Shown: positions 9,551-18,878, counted from the stretch's first letter. The stretch is DNA of 64,000 bases from a virus (IMGVR_UViG_3300021431_000010:20114-84113); one strand, 5' to 3'. Notes: a model not told the origin generated them from the letters alone. Translations and numbers: made by a program.

Positions 9551-9688
9551 ATGGGTTTTACTATAGTATTTCAAAATGAAATCACAGATGAAAAGGTTAC
9601 TGTTGATTCTGATGATTTAGAGACTTTTGAAAGATTATGGGATGACAAAGATTGGCATCTCGTCAAAAACAGCATGGAGCCTAAATAA
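9551..9688 (+). CDS. 45-aa hypothetical (MGFTIVFQNE...), not in ORF track
   Basis: Fills one cassette exactly; stop in terminator loop. Confidence 0.6.
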   Translation: MGFTIVFQNEITDEKVTVDSDDLETFERLWDDKDWHLVKNSMEPK

Positions 9689-9730
9689 GGCTCTTTTATT
9701 TTTCCAACTGTATTATGAGGAGGAAAAATT

Positions 9731-10108
9731 ATGAAAATTGAAGAAGTTAAATTTTCGACATTTGCAGAAGCAGAAGCAGTTGTAAATTGCATGCAGAAAA
9801 TAGTTAATGGCGATATTTATTGGGAACATAATGGTGATATGTTTGTTGACTATCTTCCTAGAGGTGTTCGGTTAAATCCGGTCAACGGTGAGTATCATTC
9901 AAAATTGAGTGAATACAGTTATGACGATTTTGCTAAATACTACTATAGAGATGGTGCAGTAATGGCAAACGAGTTTTACGAATTATGCAATCTAGATAAT
10001 ATGATTAATCAGGAATTAGAGCATTACGGCTGGACTGACTTAAGTTCTGTGAATATTACTTTTAACAAAGGTTATATAATTAACCTTCCGGAATTAGAAG
10101 AGCTTTAA
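9731..10108 (+). CDS. Hypothetical, paralogue of the C-terminal domain of 26898..27533
   Basis: FSTFAEAEAV...YGWTDL...GYIINLP versus FESRADAEAV...YGWPSL...GYFLDL. Confidence 0.7.
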   Translation: MKIEEVKFSTFAEAEAVVNCMQKIVNGDIYWEHNGDMFVDYLPRGVRLNPVNGEYHSKLSEYSYDDFAKYYYRDGAVMANEFYELCNLDNMINQELEHYGWTDLSSVNITFNKGYIINLPELEEL

Positions 10109-10155
10109 CTGGCTCTTTTATTTTTCCAATTCTCTTATGAAAGGAGAAAATCGAA

Positions 10156-10431
10156 ATGGAAATTATAGATAATAAAGACTTTTATATTCTTTTTACGCAA
10201 TCAGATAGAGAGATAAAATATTTTAATTATTTATGTAAAAAAGATTATCGTGATAATTTGCTATTTACTTATGCACAAATTGAATATTATCCATCTTTTA
10301 TGCATAATAATCAAATGTATAGAATGCTTGTTGTATCGAAACGCGATTTAAAAAAACTAAAAGAGTATAAGAAAACTTTAATAGAAAGTTATATTAATCA
10401 CATTTTGTATTTTCAAAATAATAGAGCTTAA
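10156..10431 (+). CDS. Hypothetical cassette protein
   Basis: RBS and cassette boundaries. Confidence 0.6.
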   Translation: MEIIDNKDFYILFTQSDREIKYFNYLCKKDYRDNLLFTYAQIEYYPSFMHNNQMYRMLVVSKRDLKKLKEYKKTLIESYINHILYFQNNRA

Positions 10432-10438
10432 CAGGCTC

Positions 10439-10486
10439 TTTTATTTTTCTGTTTGAACGAAGTGAAAACTATATTTCGCAGAAATA
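10439..10486 (+). repeat. About 48-bp repeated spacer (copies near 12106 and 13301)
   Basis: TTTTATTTTTCTGTTTGARCRAAGTGAAAACTRTATTTCGCAGAAATA occurs three times. Confidence 0.85.
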
Positions 10487-10515
10487 TCTCATTCTCTTAT
10501 GAGGAGGAATTTATT

Positions 10516-10788
10516 ATGAAAAAACTTAATAAGTATTTTGAGAATCACGATGATTATGGGTATAGCTCACGAGATGATGGAACTGAGGTTTATGATCATG
10601 ATGTTGCTGATTTTGTTGTAAAACATTTGAAGCCACTTGATAGACTTAATCCATATCGTGTTGCAATAGCCACAATATATGCGCATCCGATGCTTATGGG
10701 TGACTTTGAGATTCCGAAAAAGAAAAACTGGACATTTGACGAATATTTCAAAACTCATGGATTTGGGTATTGGGATAAGAAGGACTAA
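10516..10788 (+). CDS. Hypothetical cassette protein
   Basis: Start corrected to ATG after AGGAGG. Confidence 0.65.
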   Translation: MKKLNKYFENHDDYGYSSRDDGTEVYDHDVADFVVKHLKPLDRLNPYRVAIATIYAHPMLMGDFEIPKKKNWTFDEYFKTHGFGYWDKKD

Positions 10789-10833
10789 TGTCCTCTTTTA
10801 TTTTTCTAGTTCTTTAATGGAAAGGAGATTTTT

Positions 10834-11055
10834 ATGCTTACACATAGAGAAAAAACCGTTAATAATATATTTAATGATTTAGCTGAACCAATTATCGATT
10901 TTAATCCGGATTTCGTATATCCTGCTTTGACGGATGCATACGATGAAGGAAATAAACACGGAATATTTATTGGTACGCTATTTACTACAGCTATATATTT
11001 TATCGGTCGTAAACTTGTAAGAAATAAAGACAAAAAGTCTAAAGAGTCTGAATAA
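10834..11055 (+). CDS. Small membrane protein
   Basis: C-terminal TM segment; ends KESE in terminator. Confidence 0.65.
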   Translation: MLTHREKTVNNIFNDLAEPIIDFNPDFVYPALTDAYDEGNKHGIFIGTLFTTAIYFIGRKLVRNKDKKSKESE

Positions 11056-11099
11056 GGCTCTTTTATTTTTCTGGTTCTCTTATGAGGAGGAATTCAATT

Positions 11100-11270
11100 A
11101 TGAATAAAATGTCACTTGATTTACTGAAGCAAGCAGAGAAAGAGATTAATGGAAAGCTTATAAAGAAAAAGCCCAATCTTGAAGAACTATTTTGGGCTGA
11201 TAAAATAAAGCAATCGGATCCGCACATAAAAAATGTTTCGGTGAAGATCGAGTATGACTATGAGGATTAA
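11100..11270 (+). CDS. Hypothetical cassette protein
   Basis: RBS and cassette boundaries. Confidence 0.6.
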   Translation: MNKMSLDLLKQAEKEINGKLIKKKPNLEELFWADKIKQSDPHIKNVSVKIEYDYED

Positions 11271-11314
11271 TTTCCTCTTTTATTTTTCTTCGTCTATTAT
11301 GAGGAGGAATTCAA

Positions 11315-11728
11315 ATGGAACACGAATTATATTTTGAAGTGCACTATGAGATAAGAAACTTTAAGAAATCGTTCGCTAGGTTTATTCCTGGTTTAGAAAA
11401 GCTTATGAAAGAAGAGCTAATGCAGACACATAATGTTTATGCTAAAATCTGTAATTCTGACGAAGGTTATTCAAAACTTAATAAGAAATGGGACGAACTT
11501 CACCCGAATTATTTTGAAGAAAACAAGGGTAAAGATTGGACAGAACTTACTGAGTACAATGACTATATTAGAACAGAATCAGAGAACAATTATATTGCCT
11601 GGATCAATAAGCAAATGAAAAGGAATATTATGACCTACAAATTAGGCGATGAATTACAACTTATAGGGTGCTTAAAAATGGATCCAAAAGTTGAAATTGA
11701 GTTCTGGATGAGAGAAGCTAAGATTTAA
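11315..11728 (+). CDS. Hypothetical cassette protein
   Basis: RBS and cassette boundaries. Confidence 0.7.
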   Translation: MEHELYFEVHYEIRNFKKSFARFIPGLEKLMKEELMQTHNVYAKICNSDEGYSKLNKKWDELHPNYFEENKGKDWTELTEYNDYIRTESENNYIAWINKQMKRNIMTYKLGDELQLIGCLKMDPKVEIEFWMREAKI

Positions 11729-11772
11729 GCTTCTTTTATTTTTCTCTGACTCTTATGAGGAGGAAATTCAAA

Positions 11773-12087
11773 ATGAATGACACTGTGTATTTAGTATTAG
11801 ATGAAACGGATGTTGATTACGGAGATTATGATGAAAAATACTGTTTAGTGATAAAAGTGTTTAAAACTAGAAAAAGCGCAATTGATTTTATTAAAGAAAT
11901 TGATATCAAAAAGTTTTTAATAGAATCAGATGGTTTTTCAGAAGACGAATGCGAAATATCTGAAGATAAAACAGTATTTTTTAACGGAGTGATAAGACGA
12001 TCAATAAAATGTTGTATCAAATATTCACTTACAGGGGTTGTTGAAGAACATGAATTATATGTTGTTGAAGAGCCTTTGCTTGACTAA
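11773..12087 (+). CDS. Small hypothetical (MKVY family)
   Basis: Upstream 45 bp identical to that of ORF 8874. Confidence 0.7.
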   Translation: MNDTVYLVLDETDVDYGDYDEKYCLVIKVFKTRKSAIDFIKEIDIKKFLIESDGFSEDECEISEDKTVFFNGVIRRSIKCCIKYSLTGVVEEHELYVVEEPLLD

Positions 12088-12183
12088 AGAGTCTGAATAA
12101 GGCTCTTTTATTTTTCTGTTTGAGCAAAGTGAAAACTGTATTTCGCAGAAATAACTTATTCTCTTATGAGGAGGAATTACGTT

Positions 12184-12510
12184 ATGAAATATAATTTATT
12201 TGAAATTATCGGGATTTATGTAGTTGTTAAAAACACTATCGTGTTAGGTTCAACTTTTGTGAAGTCTTATAGAAAAGCTAAGCAAGAGATTGAACGTAAA
12301 CGTTTGATTGAAAAACTAAATAAATCAGATGAGAAATTAAGTAAATTAAGTAACGAAATGAAAAGAAGAGACAAACTAGTTTTAGATATGTATCGAGAAG
12401 GATATTCTCGTCAGGAAATACTTGACCGCTATGGCGAAGATTGGATCGGCAAAGATAGAGTCAAGCGTATTTGTGACGAAGAAGACAATTCTTGGGACGC
12501 TGAAGCTTAG
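12184..12510 (+). CDS. Hypothetical membrane-anchored protein
   Basis: Hydrophobic N-terminus, coiled coil. Confidence 0.65.
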   Translation: MKYNLFEIIGIYVVVKNTIVLGSTFVKSYRKAKQEIERKRLIEKLNKSDEKLSKLSNEMKRRDKLVLDMYREGYSRQEILDRYGEDWIGKDRVKRICDEEDNSWDAEA

Positions 12511-12555
12511 CGTCTCTTTTATTTTTCATACTCTTTAATGAAGGAGGAAAAGAGT

Positions 12556-12858
12556 ATGACAAAGAATTTAAATTATGACGGTTTTGAAAACTATTTAATT
12601 AAAAAGGGGCCTTTATTCAACGGAGTTCAGTATTTATTCAAATTTGATAATGGATATGGAGCATCTGTAGTAAAACACTTTGGCTCATATGGATCCGATG
12701 AGGATCTTTGGGAGCTAGCTGTTGTAGAATACAGAAATCCGGATATTATTGATGATTTTCATCTTGTATATGATACGGACATCACGGACGATGTAGAGGG
12801 CCGGCTAACAGACAACGATGTAGTTAATTTGCTGTCAAAAATTAGAGACTTATCATAG
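12556..12858 (+). CDS. Conserved phage hypothetical (FDNGYGASVV motif)
   Basis: FKFDNGYGASVV...LWELAV motif recognised from other phages. Confidence 0.7.
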   Translation: MTKNLNYDGFENYLIKKGPLFNGVQYLFKFDNGYGASVVKHFGSYGSDEDLWELAVVEYRNPDIIDDFHLVYDTDITDDVEGRLTDNDVVNLLSKIRDLS

Positions 12859-12889
12859 TCTCTTTTATTTTTCGTGTTCTATTACGAGG

Positions 12890-13043
12890 AGAAATAAAAG
12901 AGTTGAACTAATTGGGCCTGCCAGGTTTGAATCCTGGTTACGATGACGATCGTACTCCGTATAGAAATCCTATATGTACGGATAAGCTATCAGCGTCGGT
13001 TTGAATCCGATCCGAAAAGGGGTTAAGGAGCACTGGCTCTTTT
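12890..13043 (+). ncRNA. Non-coding cassette with two T-arm-like hairpins
   Basis: ccagg-tttgaat-cctgg (12921-12937) and tcgg-tttgaat-ccga (12996-13010); closing aaaagagtt/ggctctttt; own promoter motif, no ORF. Confidence 0.55.
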
Positions 13044-13078
13044 ATTTTTCGTGTTCTATTATGAGGAGGAAAATAAAG

Positions 13079-13282
13079 ATGGGTATTTATAGCATTAATC
13101 ATTTCGAGACTAAAAAGGATGCATTAAGATATTATGCAAAAGGTATGCTCGATTTCTCAGCAAAAGCTCTGGAATGTTTGAACAAGGACGAACCAGACTT
13201 TGATGAGTCAAATCGTAATGCCAGATGGGTTGATATTTTTTATAAGCATTATAAAGAAGCCTTGGAACATGAATGGCTATAA
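13079..13282 (+). CDS. Small hypothetical (KKDAL family)
   Basis: Paralogue of 13376 (FETKKDALRYYA / FSCKKDALLYYA). Confidence 0.7.
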   Translation: MGIYSINHFETKKDALRYYAKGMLDFSAKALECLNKDEPDFDESNRNARWVDIFYKHYKEALEHEWL

Positions 13283-13375
13283 AGAGGACTATAAATCCTC
13301 TTTTATTTTTCTGTTTGAACAAAGTGAAAACTGTATTTCGCAGAAATAACTCCGTCTTTTATGAAGGAGGACAAT

Positions 13376-13591
13376 ATGGAGGTTTTAGATTTATCTAATT
13401 TCAGCTGCAAGAAAGATGCTTTATTATACTATGCTGAAGCGATAGAAGATAAAGCCATGGAAGCTTTAACAATACTTGATCAGGAGACTTATTCGACTGA
13501 GCAGGAGTGTTGTGATGAAGCAGAAACGGCAATAAGAGAGCTAAGCATATATGTACGGCATTTTAATCAGGCATGCAAAGAATTAGATTAA
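13376..13591 (+). CDS. Small hypothetical (KKDAL family)
   Basis: See 13079. Confidence 0.7.
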   Translation: MEVLDLSNFSCKKDALLYYAEAIEDKAMEALTILDQETYSTEQECCDEAETAIRELSIYVRHFNQACKELD

Positions 13592-13654
13592 GGACTTACT
13601 AAGTCCTTTTCTTTTCGCGAATATTACCATTCCTATTATGAAGGAGGATTCAAA

Positions 13655-13852
13655 ATGAGCAACAAATTACTAGGCTTAATTACAATTGGATCGCTGTTTA
13701 TAGCTTTTAAAGAAAGGCAAAAAGCTAAACATCTCAAAGCTAAGATGATGGAACTTAGCACAGAGATCGATGGGCTTGAATGTCATTTAAAAGACATCGG
13801 CATCCTGACAGAGAAATCTGTTGTCAAAGAATCAAACGAAGAGTCTGCATAA
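13655..13852 (+). CDS. Small membrane-anchored coiled-coil protein
   Basis: N-terminal hydrophobic helix. Confidence 0.65.
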   Translation: MSNKLLGLITIGSLFIAFKERQKAKHLKAKMMELSTEIDGLECHLKDIGILTEKSVVKESNEESA

Positions 13853-13896
13853 GACTCTTTTGTTTTTCGGCTGCTCTTATGAAGGAGGAAATCAAA

Positions 13897-14088
13897 ATGA
13901 AGAGAGTTAAAGATTTAATTGAAGCACTACAAGAGTATGATCAAGAACTTCCTATCGCTATTTATAACATTAAAAAGGATGAGATTATACCAATTGCAGA
14001 AGTTGGTACTCGCAAAGTAGTAAAAAGAAATGTAGATGGTGAAGAAGTTATATTAGAAAATCATGTAGTAATCAGAGAGTCTATTTAA
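13897..14088 (+). CDS. Small hypothetical (MTVKEL family)
   Basis: Start corrected; MKRVKDLIEALQEYDQELPI. Confidence 0.65.
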   Translation: MKRVKDLIEALQEYDQELPIAIYNIKKDEIIPIAEVGTRKVVKRNVDGEEVILENHVVIRESI

Positions 14089-14162
14089 GACTCTTTTTAT
14101 TTTTACTTGAATTTATTTCGCGTAATTTTCATCTCCTATTATGAAAAGGAGAGGTTTATATA

Positions 14163-14336
14163 ATGAAAAACACTAAAGAAACTAAAAGAGTCAGACTTGG
14201 ACAGAAATTGTTAGCTGATTATTACACAGCTCGGGATTTAAGAAAAGAAGGTTTCGATGATGAAACAATTTGCTTAGTTCTGGGCAGAGATCGTAACTAT
14301 TTAAAGAAAATCATGGCTACTTTTGGTACATGTTAG
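14163..14336 (+). CDS. 57-aa hypothetical, possible HTH; not in ORF track
   Basis: LRKEGFDDETICLVLGRDRNYLKK; fills one cassette. Confidence 0.55.
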   Translation: MKNTKETKRVRLGQKLLADYYTARDLRKEGFDDETICLVLGRDRNYLKKIMATFGTC

Positions 14337-14421
14337 AGACTTATTAAAGTCTCTTTTTCTTTTGCGTATATAGATATTTATTGAACTGCTTGTCGTTGGC
14401 CAATACCCAGGCCACGTTGCC

Positions 14422-14520
14422 AGTCTTAAGCGGAGGCCATTACCCAATCATTTCATGATTTGTTTTGTCCTCAATCATTATTCATACCTCTTTCGAAATA
14501 CGTGGTCTTCGCTTAAGACT
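14422..14520 (+). ncRNA. Candidate structured RNA B
   Basis: agtcttaagcggaggcca / tggtcttcgcttaagact 18-bp stem with two G-U pairs; CU-rich interior. Confidence 0.35.
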
Positions 14521-14584
14521 TATATTTTCAGTATGTAGGTTACCTCTTTTCTTTTTACTATTGGTACATCGGAGGTAAAAGCAT

Positions 14585-14857
14585 ATGATTTCTAACAAAT
14601 TTGTAACAAGTCCTATTATTTTTTGCGAAAAAAGCGTACCAGTTAAAATCGCAGCAAGAGTCTATAAGAAAGACCAAAACTGGATACGAGCTGGATTGAT
14701 ATCCGGATGGCTGCCAATCGGATTTGCTACAAGGAACGGCGAACGTATTACTAACGTAAGCCAAATGGGATCTAAGAAAGGTAGAATCAATTATTATATT
14801 TCACCGAAAAGATTATATGAAGAAACGGGGTATATGTACGATGGGAACAGTAATTAG
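14585..14857 (+). CDS. Putative DNA-binding (excisionase-like HTH) protein
   Basis: VPVKIAARVYKKDQNWIRAGLISGWLPIG...YYISP pattern. Confidence 0.5.
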   Translation: MISNKFVTSPIIFCEKSVPVKIAARVYKKDQNWIRAGLISGWLPIGFATRNGERITNVSQMGSKKGRINYYISPKRLYEETGYMYDGNSN

Positions 14858-15257
14858 ATCTGAAGTATCAAAGAAAAACCAGTATTATATTTCAAAACAT
14901 CGTTACTATGAGCTTAAGCATTTCTGTTTGCAATACCCGGAATTCAAGAAGATTTACGAATCGTTATGCGAAAAAATTCCCGGTGGGGTGATTCGTGTAA
15001 GTTCTAATAGCCATTTGCAAGACGACGAAAGCTTGGATGTACGTCAAAGGTATTTGGACAAGATGGACATGATCGAAAAGTGCGCTTTGGCTACAGATCC
15101 GGTTCTTGGAGTTTATATTTTCAAGGCTGTGACTAAAGGCCTGACTTATTCGTACTTCAGAATGCATGATGGAGTTCCATGCGGAAGAGACATGTTTTAC
15201 CAGATGTATCGTAAATTCTTTTATATTCTGGACAGACAGCAAAAGAAGTTCGTATAA
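14841..15257 (+). CDS. Putative transcriptional regulator (ArpU/RinA-like)
   Basis: ISKHRYYELKHFCLQYP...GRDMFYQMYRKFFYIL C-terminal HTH-like pattern. Confidence 0.5.
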   Translation: MGTVIRSEVSKKNQYYISKHRYYELKHFCLQYPEFKKIYESLCEKIPGGVIRVSSNSHLQDDESLDVRQRYLDKMDMIEKCALATDPVLGVYIFKAVTKGLTYSYFRMHDGVPCGRDMFYQMYRKFFYILDRQQKKFV

Positions 15258-15292
15258 TTTTCTGACTCTATTATGAGAAGGAGAAAAGAATT

Positions 15293-15466
15293 ATGTTTAG
15301 AATTAAAAGACGTGAGGAGATCACTGATATATTTGAGGAAAAGAAACAAAAAGGTTTTACACAAATTAAACCTAGTACGGATATGGATATTGACGAACTT
15401 AGGAAATATGTGTTTAACGAAATAAATTCTTGTCACAAAGAAATCATGAAATCTATGTCTGATTAA
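15293..15466 (+). CDS. 57-aa hypothetical, not in ORF track
   Basis: Promoter motif, RBS and terminator. Confidence 0.55.
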   Translation: MFRIKRREEITDIFEEKKQKGFTQIKPSTDMDIDELRKYVFNEINSCHKEIMKSMSD

Positions 15467-15522
15467 GAGCCTAACAAGCTCTTTTCTTTTTCTGCCTCTT
15501 TTATGAAAAGGAGGTAAAGTTT

Positions 15523-15723
15523 ATGAACGAAAGAAAACTTTATCGTTATGAAGGAGCAGTTACTCAATTTGGGAAAGTTATAGACGATTTGTGGAAGGGA
15601 GGTACTCAAGCAGAATCTGAATCCAGAGCAAAGGCTAATCTTATGTTTCAATATAAGAGAAAGCATAAAATGGACAGATCTGCGAAGATAGAACTTCCTG
15701 GAAATGTTTATATTCTTGAATAA
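15523..15723 (+). CDS. Small hypothetical
   Basis: Cassette boundaries. Confidence 0.65.
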   Translation: MNERKLYRYEGAVTQFGKVIDDLWKGGTQAESESRAKANLMFQYKRKHKMDRSAKIELPGNVYILE

Positions 15724-15776
15724 GAGCCTAACAAGCTCTTTTGTTTTTCAGCTTCTATTACGAGGAGGATTTAACT

Positions 15777-15953
15777 ATGGCTAAGAACATTGAAAGATCT
15801 AGAGAAGTAAGACAATGGGTTAAACTTGGTGTTGAGATCGTATCCCTTGGTGCAATGCTTGACTGTACAGTCAACAATGGGCAAGGTATTAAAACAGCTC
15901 ACACCTGGTTTAAAGATAAGTGGTCTGCTTTGAAAAGAAAATTCAGTAAATAG
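15777..15953 (+). CDS. Small hypothetical
   Basis: Start corrected after GAGGAGG. Confidence 0.6.
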   Translation: MAKNIERSREVRQWVKLGVEIVSLGAMLDCTVNNGQGIKTAHTWFKDKWSALKRKFSK

Positions 15954-16024
15954 TTATCACCAGTAAAGAAGGATCTAACAGGTCCTCTTTATTTTTTCAA
16001 CGACTATTATGGAGGTAAATTACT

Positions 16025-16237
16025 ATGGCAGAAGAAAGAAGAACATTATCTGAAAGAGTTGGTGAATTTATTAAGGAGCATCCTTGGATGACTTTCTTTA
16101 CTGTAACGTCTCTAATTGAGGCGCCTGCAGCAATTATTAAGGCAATCAAGTGGGATGGAAAAGAAACACACGTCACTAACTACTACGGATCAAGTGAATC
16201 TACTGTGTCAAGTGGTTCAACAAATGAGTCTGAATAA
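16025..16237 (+). CDS. Small hypothetical
   Basis: Cassette boundaries; ends NESE. Confidence 0.65.
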   Translation: MAEERRTLSERVGEFIKEHPWMTFFTVTSLIEAPAAIIKAIKWDGKETHVTNYYGSSESTVSSGSTNESE

Positions 16238-16300
16238 GACTCTTTTGTTTTTCGCGGATATTTCGACCTCTATTATGAAAACAAATGGAGGTATGAACAA

Positions 16301-16696
16301 ATGAAGAAAGTTTTCACAATTTTGATGGTTTTATGCGTTTTATTAGGAATGAGCGGATGCTCATCTAGGAAAACATTTAAGACAGAAGATTATGAAGTTT
16401 ATGACATTATTTCAGATCTTGATGAGTTGAAGAAGAGCGCTGAAGAAGACGGCGTAGTAATGGATTATGACATTACTAGAGGATTTGATGGAAAGTACAC
16501 AATAAAGATCGTACTTGAATTTGGCGAACACAAATCTGAATGGAAATCATGTCCGTTCACGATGGATGAATTCAATAATGAATTTGACAATCTTGAACCG
16601 GATGATGTATTCACATTCAAAGTTGATGGAGTCAAATACGATTACGATACTGCAATGTTACTTCTTGAACATTACTCAGGTGGAATGATTGATTAA
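16301..16696 (+). CDS. Lipoprotein
   Basis: MKK + hydrophobic stretch + LLGMSGC lipobox-like sequence. Confidence 0.7.
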   Translation: MKKVFTILMVLCVLLGMSGCSSRKTFKTEDYEVYDIISDLDELKKSAEEDGVVMDYDITRGFDGKYTIKIVLEFGEHKSEWKSCPFTMDEFNNEFDNLEPDDVFTFKVDGVKYDYDTAMLLLEHYSGGMID

Positions 16697-16775
16697 TACG
16701 TTAGAGTCTTAACAGACTCTTTCTTTTTTCGCGTATTTTTCCCCTCCTATTATGAAAAGGAGAGGTTTATAAATT

Positions 16776-16967
16776 ATGGAAAATTTCATTTATATTTTAA
16801 AAACAGTATTTACTGGTATTTGTGTTGAGGTATGTTTAATTGGCTCATTAGAGCAATTAAGGCATGATCCAAGCAGTATTAGCAATATGCTCGTTGTTGG
16901 AATGGCAGTTATTTTCACACTAATATTTGTAAAACATTCTGGAATCAAATGGGGTAGCAGGTCTTAG
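16776..16967 (+). CDS. Small membrane protein
   Basis: Two hydrophobic segments. Confidence 0.6.
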   Translation: MENFIYILKTVFTGICVEVCLIGSLEQLRHDPSSISNMLVVGMAVIFTLIFVKHSGIKWGSRS

Positions 16968-17036
16968 CTACTCTTTTTGTTTTATATTTTCCTTTCGCGT
17001 ATTTTTCATACTCTATAGTGAGGAGAGTAGAGAAAA

Positions 17037-17234
17037 ATGAAGAAATTTATAGGTTTAGTTTTACTGTTTACGGTTAGTGTTATTAGCATGATCGGTTTAG
17101 GAAAGATCGTGGCTTATGATTGGCCGGAAATAGAAGAAGAGTCTATAAAAGCATTAGATTACTTAAACGAAAGGATGGATGACGCCATTGAAGTCATCGA
17201 AGAAAAGATGGTTATGGTCTTTGATAAAGACTAA
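17037..17234 (+). CDS. Small membrane-anchored protein
   Basis: N-terminal TM/signal. Confidence 0.6.
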   Translation: MKKFIGLVLLFTVSVISMIGLGKIVAYDWPEIEEESIKALDYLNERMDDAIEVIEEKMVMVFDKD

Positions 17235-17291
17235 CCAGTCTTTTTTTTCGCGAATTTTTCTACCTCTATTATGACAAGGAGGGTATGTTAA

Positions 17292-17438
17292 ATGATAATG
17301 TTTATTTTTAAATCTTTGATTGTAACAGCTTGCGCTATTGGAGGCTATTGGTTAGCAATGAAAATCAGCGTTGACTATGCAATTAAAGTTTTAACTGAGT
17401 ACGTTCACATGCTTAACGGTGATGAAGAGTCTGAATAA
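17292..17438 (+). CDS. 48-aa membrane peptide, not in ORF track
   Basis: Fills cassette, ends EESE. Confidence 0.55.
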   Translation: MIMFIFKSLIVTACAIGGYWLAMKISVDYAIKVLTEYVHMLNGDEESE

Positions 17439-17489
17439 GGCTCTTTTATTTTTCGCGAAAATTTCCAACTCTTTAATGGAGGTATTATT

Positions 17490-17687
17490 ATGGGTAAAAT
17501 TGATTTTGACAAAATGGCTAGAAAAGGTTTAATGAAGCAGTTTGCTTATCTGTTTATAGGTAGCTTTGGAGCAACATATTTGTTGAACAAAGCATTCCGA
17601 GCAGGTAGCGAATATACTGCTGGATCAATCGGGTCAGAGTTGGAAAGATTACAGTCTAAATCTTCCAATAATGAAGAGTCTGAATAA
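17490..17687 (+). CDS. Small membrane protein
   Basis: Central TM; ends EESE. Confidence 0.6.
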   Translation: MGKIDFDKMARKGLMKQFAYLFIGSFGATYLLNKAFRAGSEYTAGSIGSELERLQSKSSNNEESE

Positions 17688-17766
17688 GGCTCTTTTTTAT
17701 TTTTTCCTCTCGCGTAAATTTCATACTCTCTAATGAGAAAGAGAATAAATAATAGGGAGGAAAATC

Positions 17767-17847
17767 ATGATTAAAACAGTATTTACATTAATTATTTGTT
17801 TAATTTTATGGGTTGGTATGAACGGACTTGAAAGGAGTCATTCATAA
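17767..17847 (+). CDS. 26-aa membrane peptide, not in ORF track
   Basis: RBS GGGAGG; MIKTVFTLIICLILWVGM; terminator follows. Confidence 0.45.
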   Translation: MIKTVFTLIICLILWVGMNGLERSHS

Positions 17848-17888
17848 CGACTCTTTTTTTCTTCAAATTAAATTTAAGGAGGACAGAA

Positions 17889-18260
17889 ATGAAGAATTTA
17901 ATGAAGATTTTTGGATTGGGAATTTTGTTGCTGCTTGATGCAAAACTTATGGAAAAACTCGGAGCATACAGAGAAGAACCAACTATGGACGATTTCTTTA
18001 TCGATGACGAAGATGATGATATTCTCGATGATGAATACGCTCCTGGATACGGAGACGCTGTAACAGCCATCAGTAACAGTGATATGTTTTCTTCGCACAA
18101 GAAAGAAGCAATTGCTCATCTTCCGATCGGATGTATCTCATCTTTTTATAAGGGTGTTATCTCTGCTGCACATTGCGATATGTTCTCAGCTCATAAACGT
18201 GATCTGATTATCGAAATGTCTAAGAGAATTGAAGATTCGCGTAATTTTCAACGCCTATAA
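17889..18260 (+). CDS. Hypothetical with internal repeat (SDMFSSHK / CDMFSAHK)
   Basis: RBS AAGGAGG. Confidence 0.65.
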   Translation: MKNLMKIFGLGILLLLDAKLMEKLGAYREEPTMDDFFIDDEDDDILDDEYAPGYGDAVTAISNSDMFSSHKKEAIAHLPIGCISSFYKGVISAAHCDMFSAHKRDLIIEMSKRIEDSRNFQRL

Positions 18261-18458
18261 TGAGGAGGTGGTTTATATTAAATTGAGGTTTACAAAACAG
18301 CTAATTCAGGCACGAGCCTTTTATATAGATAAAAGAACAAAAGGAGGTGCCATTGGTTAGCCTGCGGAGCATACCTCTCTATTCTCAAACCGCAGCTAAG
18401 GAGAGAGTCTATCATAGGCTCTTCTCCTTTATTTTTTATTAGAAATCGAGGAGCAATA

Positions 18459-18878
18459 ATGAAAGAAGTAATAAGTGAAATGAAAAAAGAAATTCAAGAA
18501 CAATTAAAGTACGATATTGCAAAAGGTAAGATTTGGGGTTTAAGACTTGTTAAAACTCCTATCGAGGCAATCAAGACCAATTGCTATGGACTGATATTTG
18601 AAGAATCAAGAGAAATAGTTGGTTTTGATGAAGAAAAGTTCTATTTAAAAACTAGGTATAGAGAACCGACTTACATTCCTGGTACGTTTGATGGTAAGAA
18701 TTATGCTGTACCAGACTATTCACTTCCCACTGATATTTATAGTGATGCAGAAGCTTATTATTCTGCGTTTAATTACTATGACGGCGATATTCTTAGAGCA
18801 GTCTGTAAAATACCGGCAGCTGTAAATCCTAAGGATTCTATTAAGATAACCGAATACGAGGTTATAAGGAGTTATTGA
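18459..18878 (+). CDS. Hypothetical protein
   Basis: RBS GAGGAG. Confidence 0.65.
   Translation: MKEVISEMKKEIQEQLKYDIAKGKIWGLRLVKTPIEAIKTNCYGLIFEESREIVGFDEEKFYLKTRYREPTYIPGTFDGKNYAVPDYSLPTDIYSDAEAYYSAFNYYDGDILRAVCKIPAAVNPKDSIKITEYEVIRSY

Larger units (their letters stand above)
8815..17705 (+). terminator. Family of intrinsic terminators between cassettes (AAGAGYC-loop-GRCTCTTTTATTTTT)
   Basis: About 25 hairpins with covarying stems followed by T-tracts, e.g. 8816, 9257, 9493, 11042, 12087, 13840, 17425. The stop codon often lies in the loop, so many ORFs end in ESE/ESK. Confidence 0.8.

Noticed and set aside
8856-13896. ORF-track starts such as MRRKFK, MRRNSI, MKEEKS
   Set aside because: The ATG belongs to the promoter motif and precedes the SD. 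True starts are the downstream ATGs.
8815-17705. CRISPR array
   Set aside because: Repeats are degenerate and separated by 150-450 bp ORFs. The Cas4-like nuclease at 42023 is a common stand-alone phage gene.
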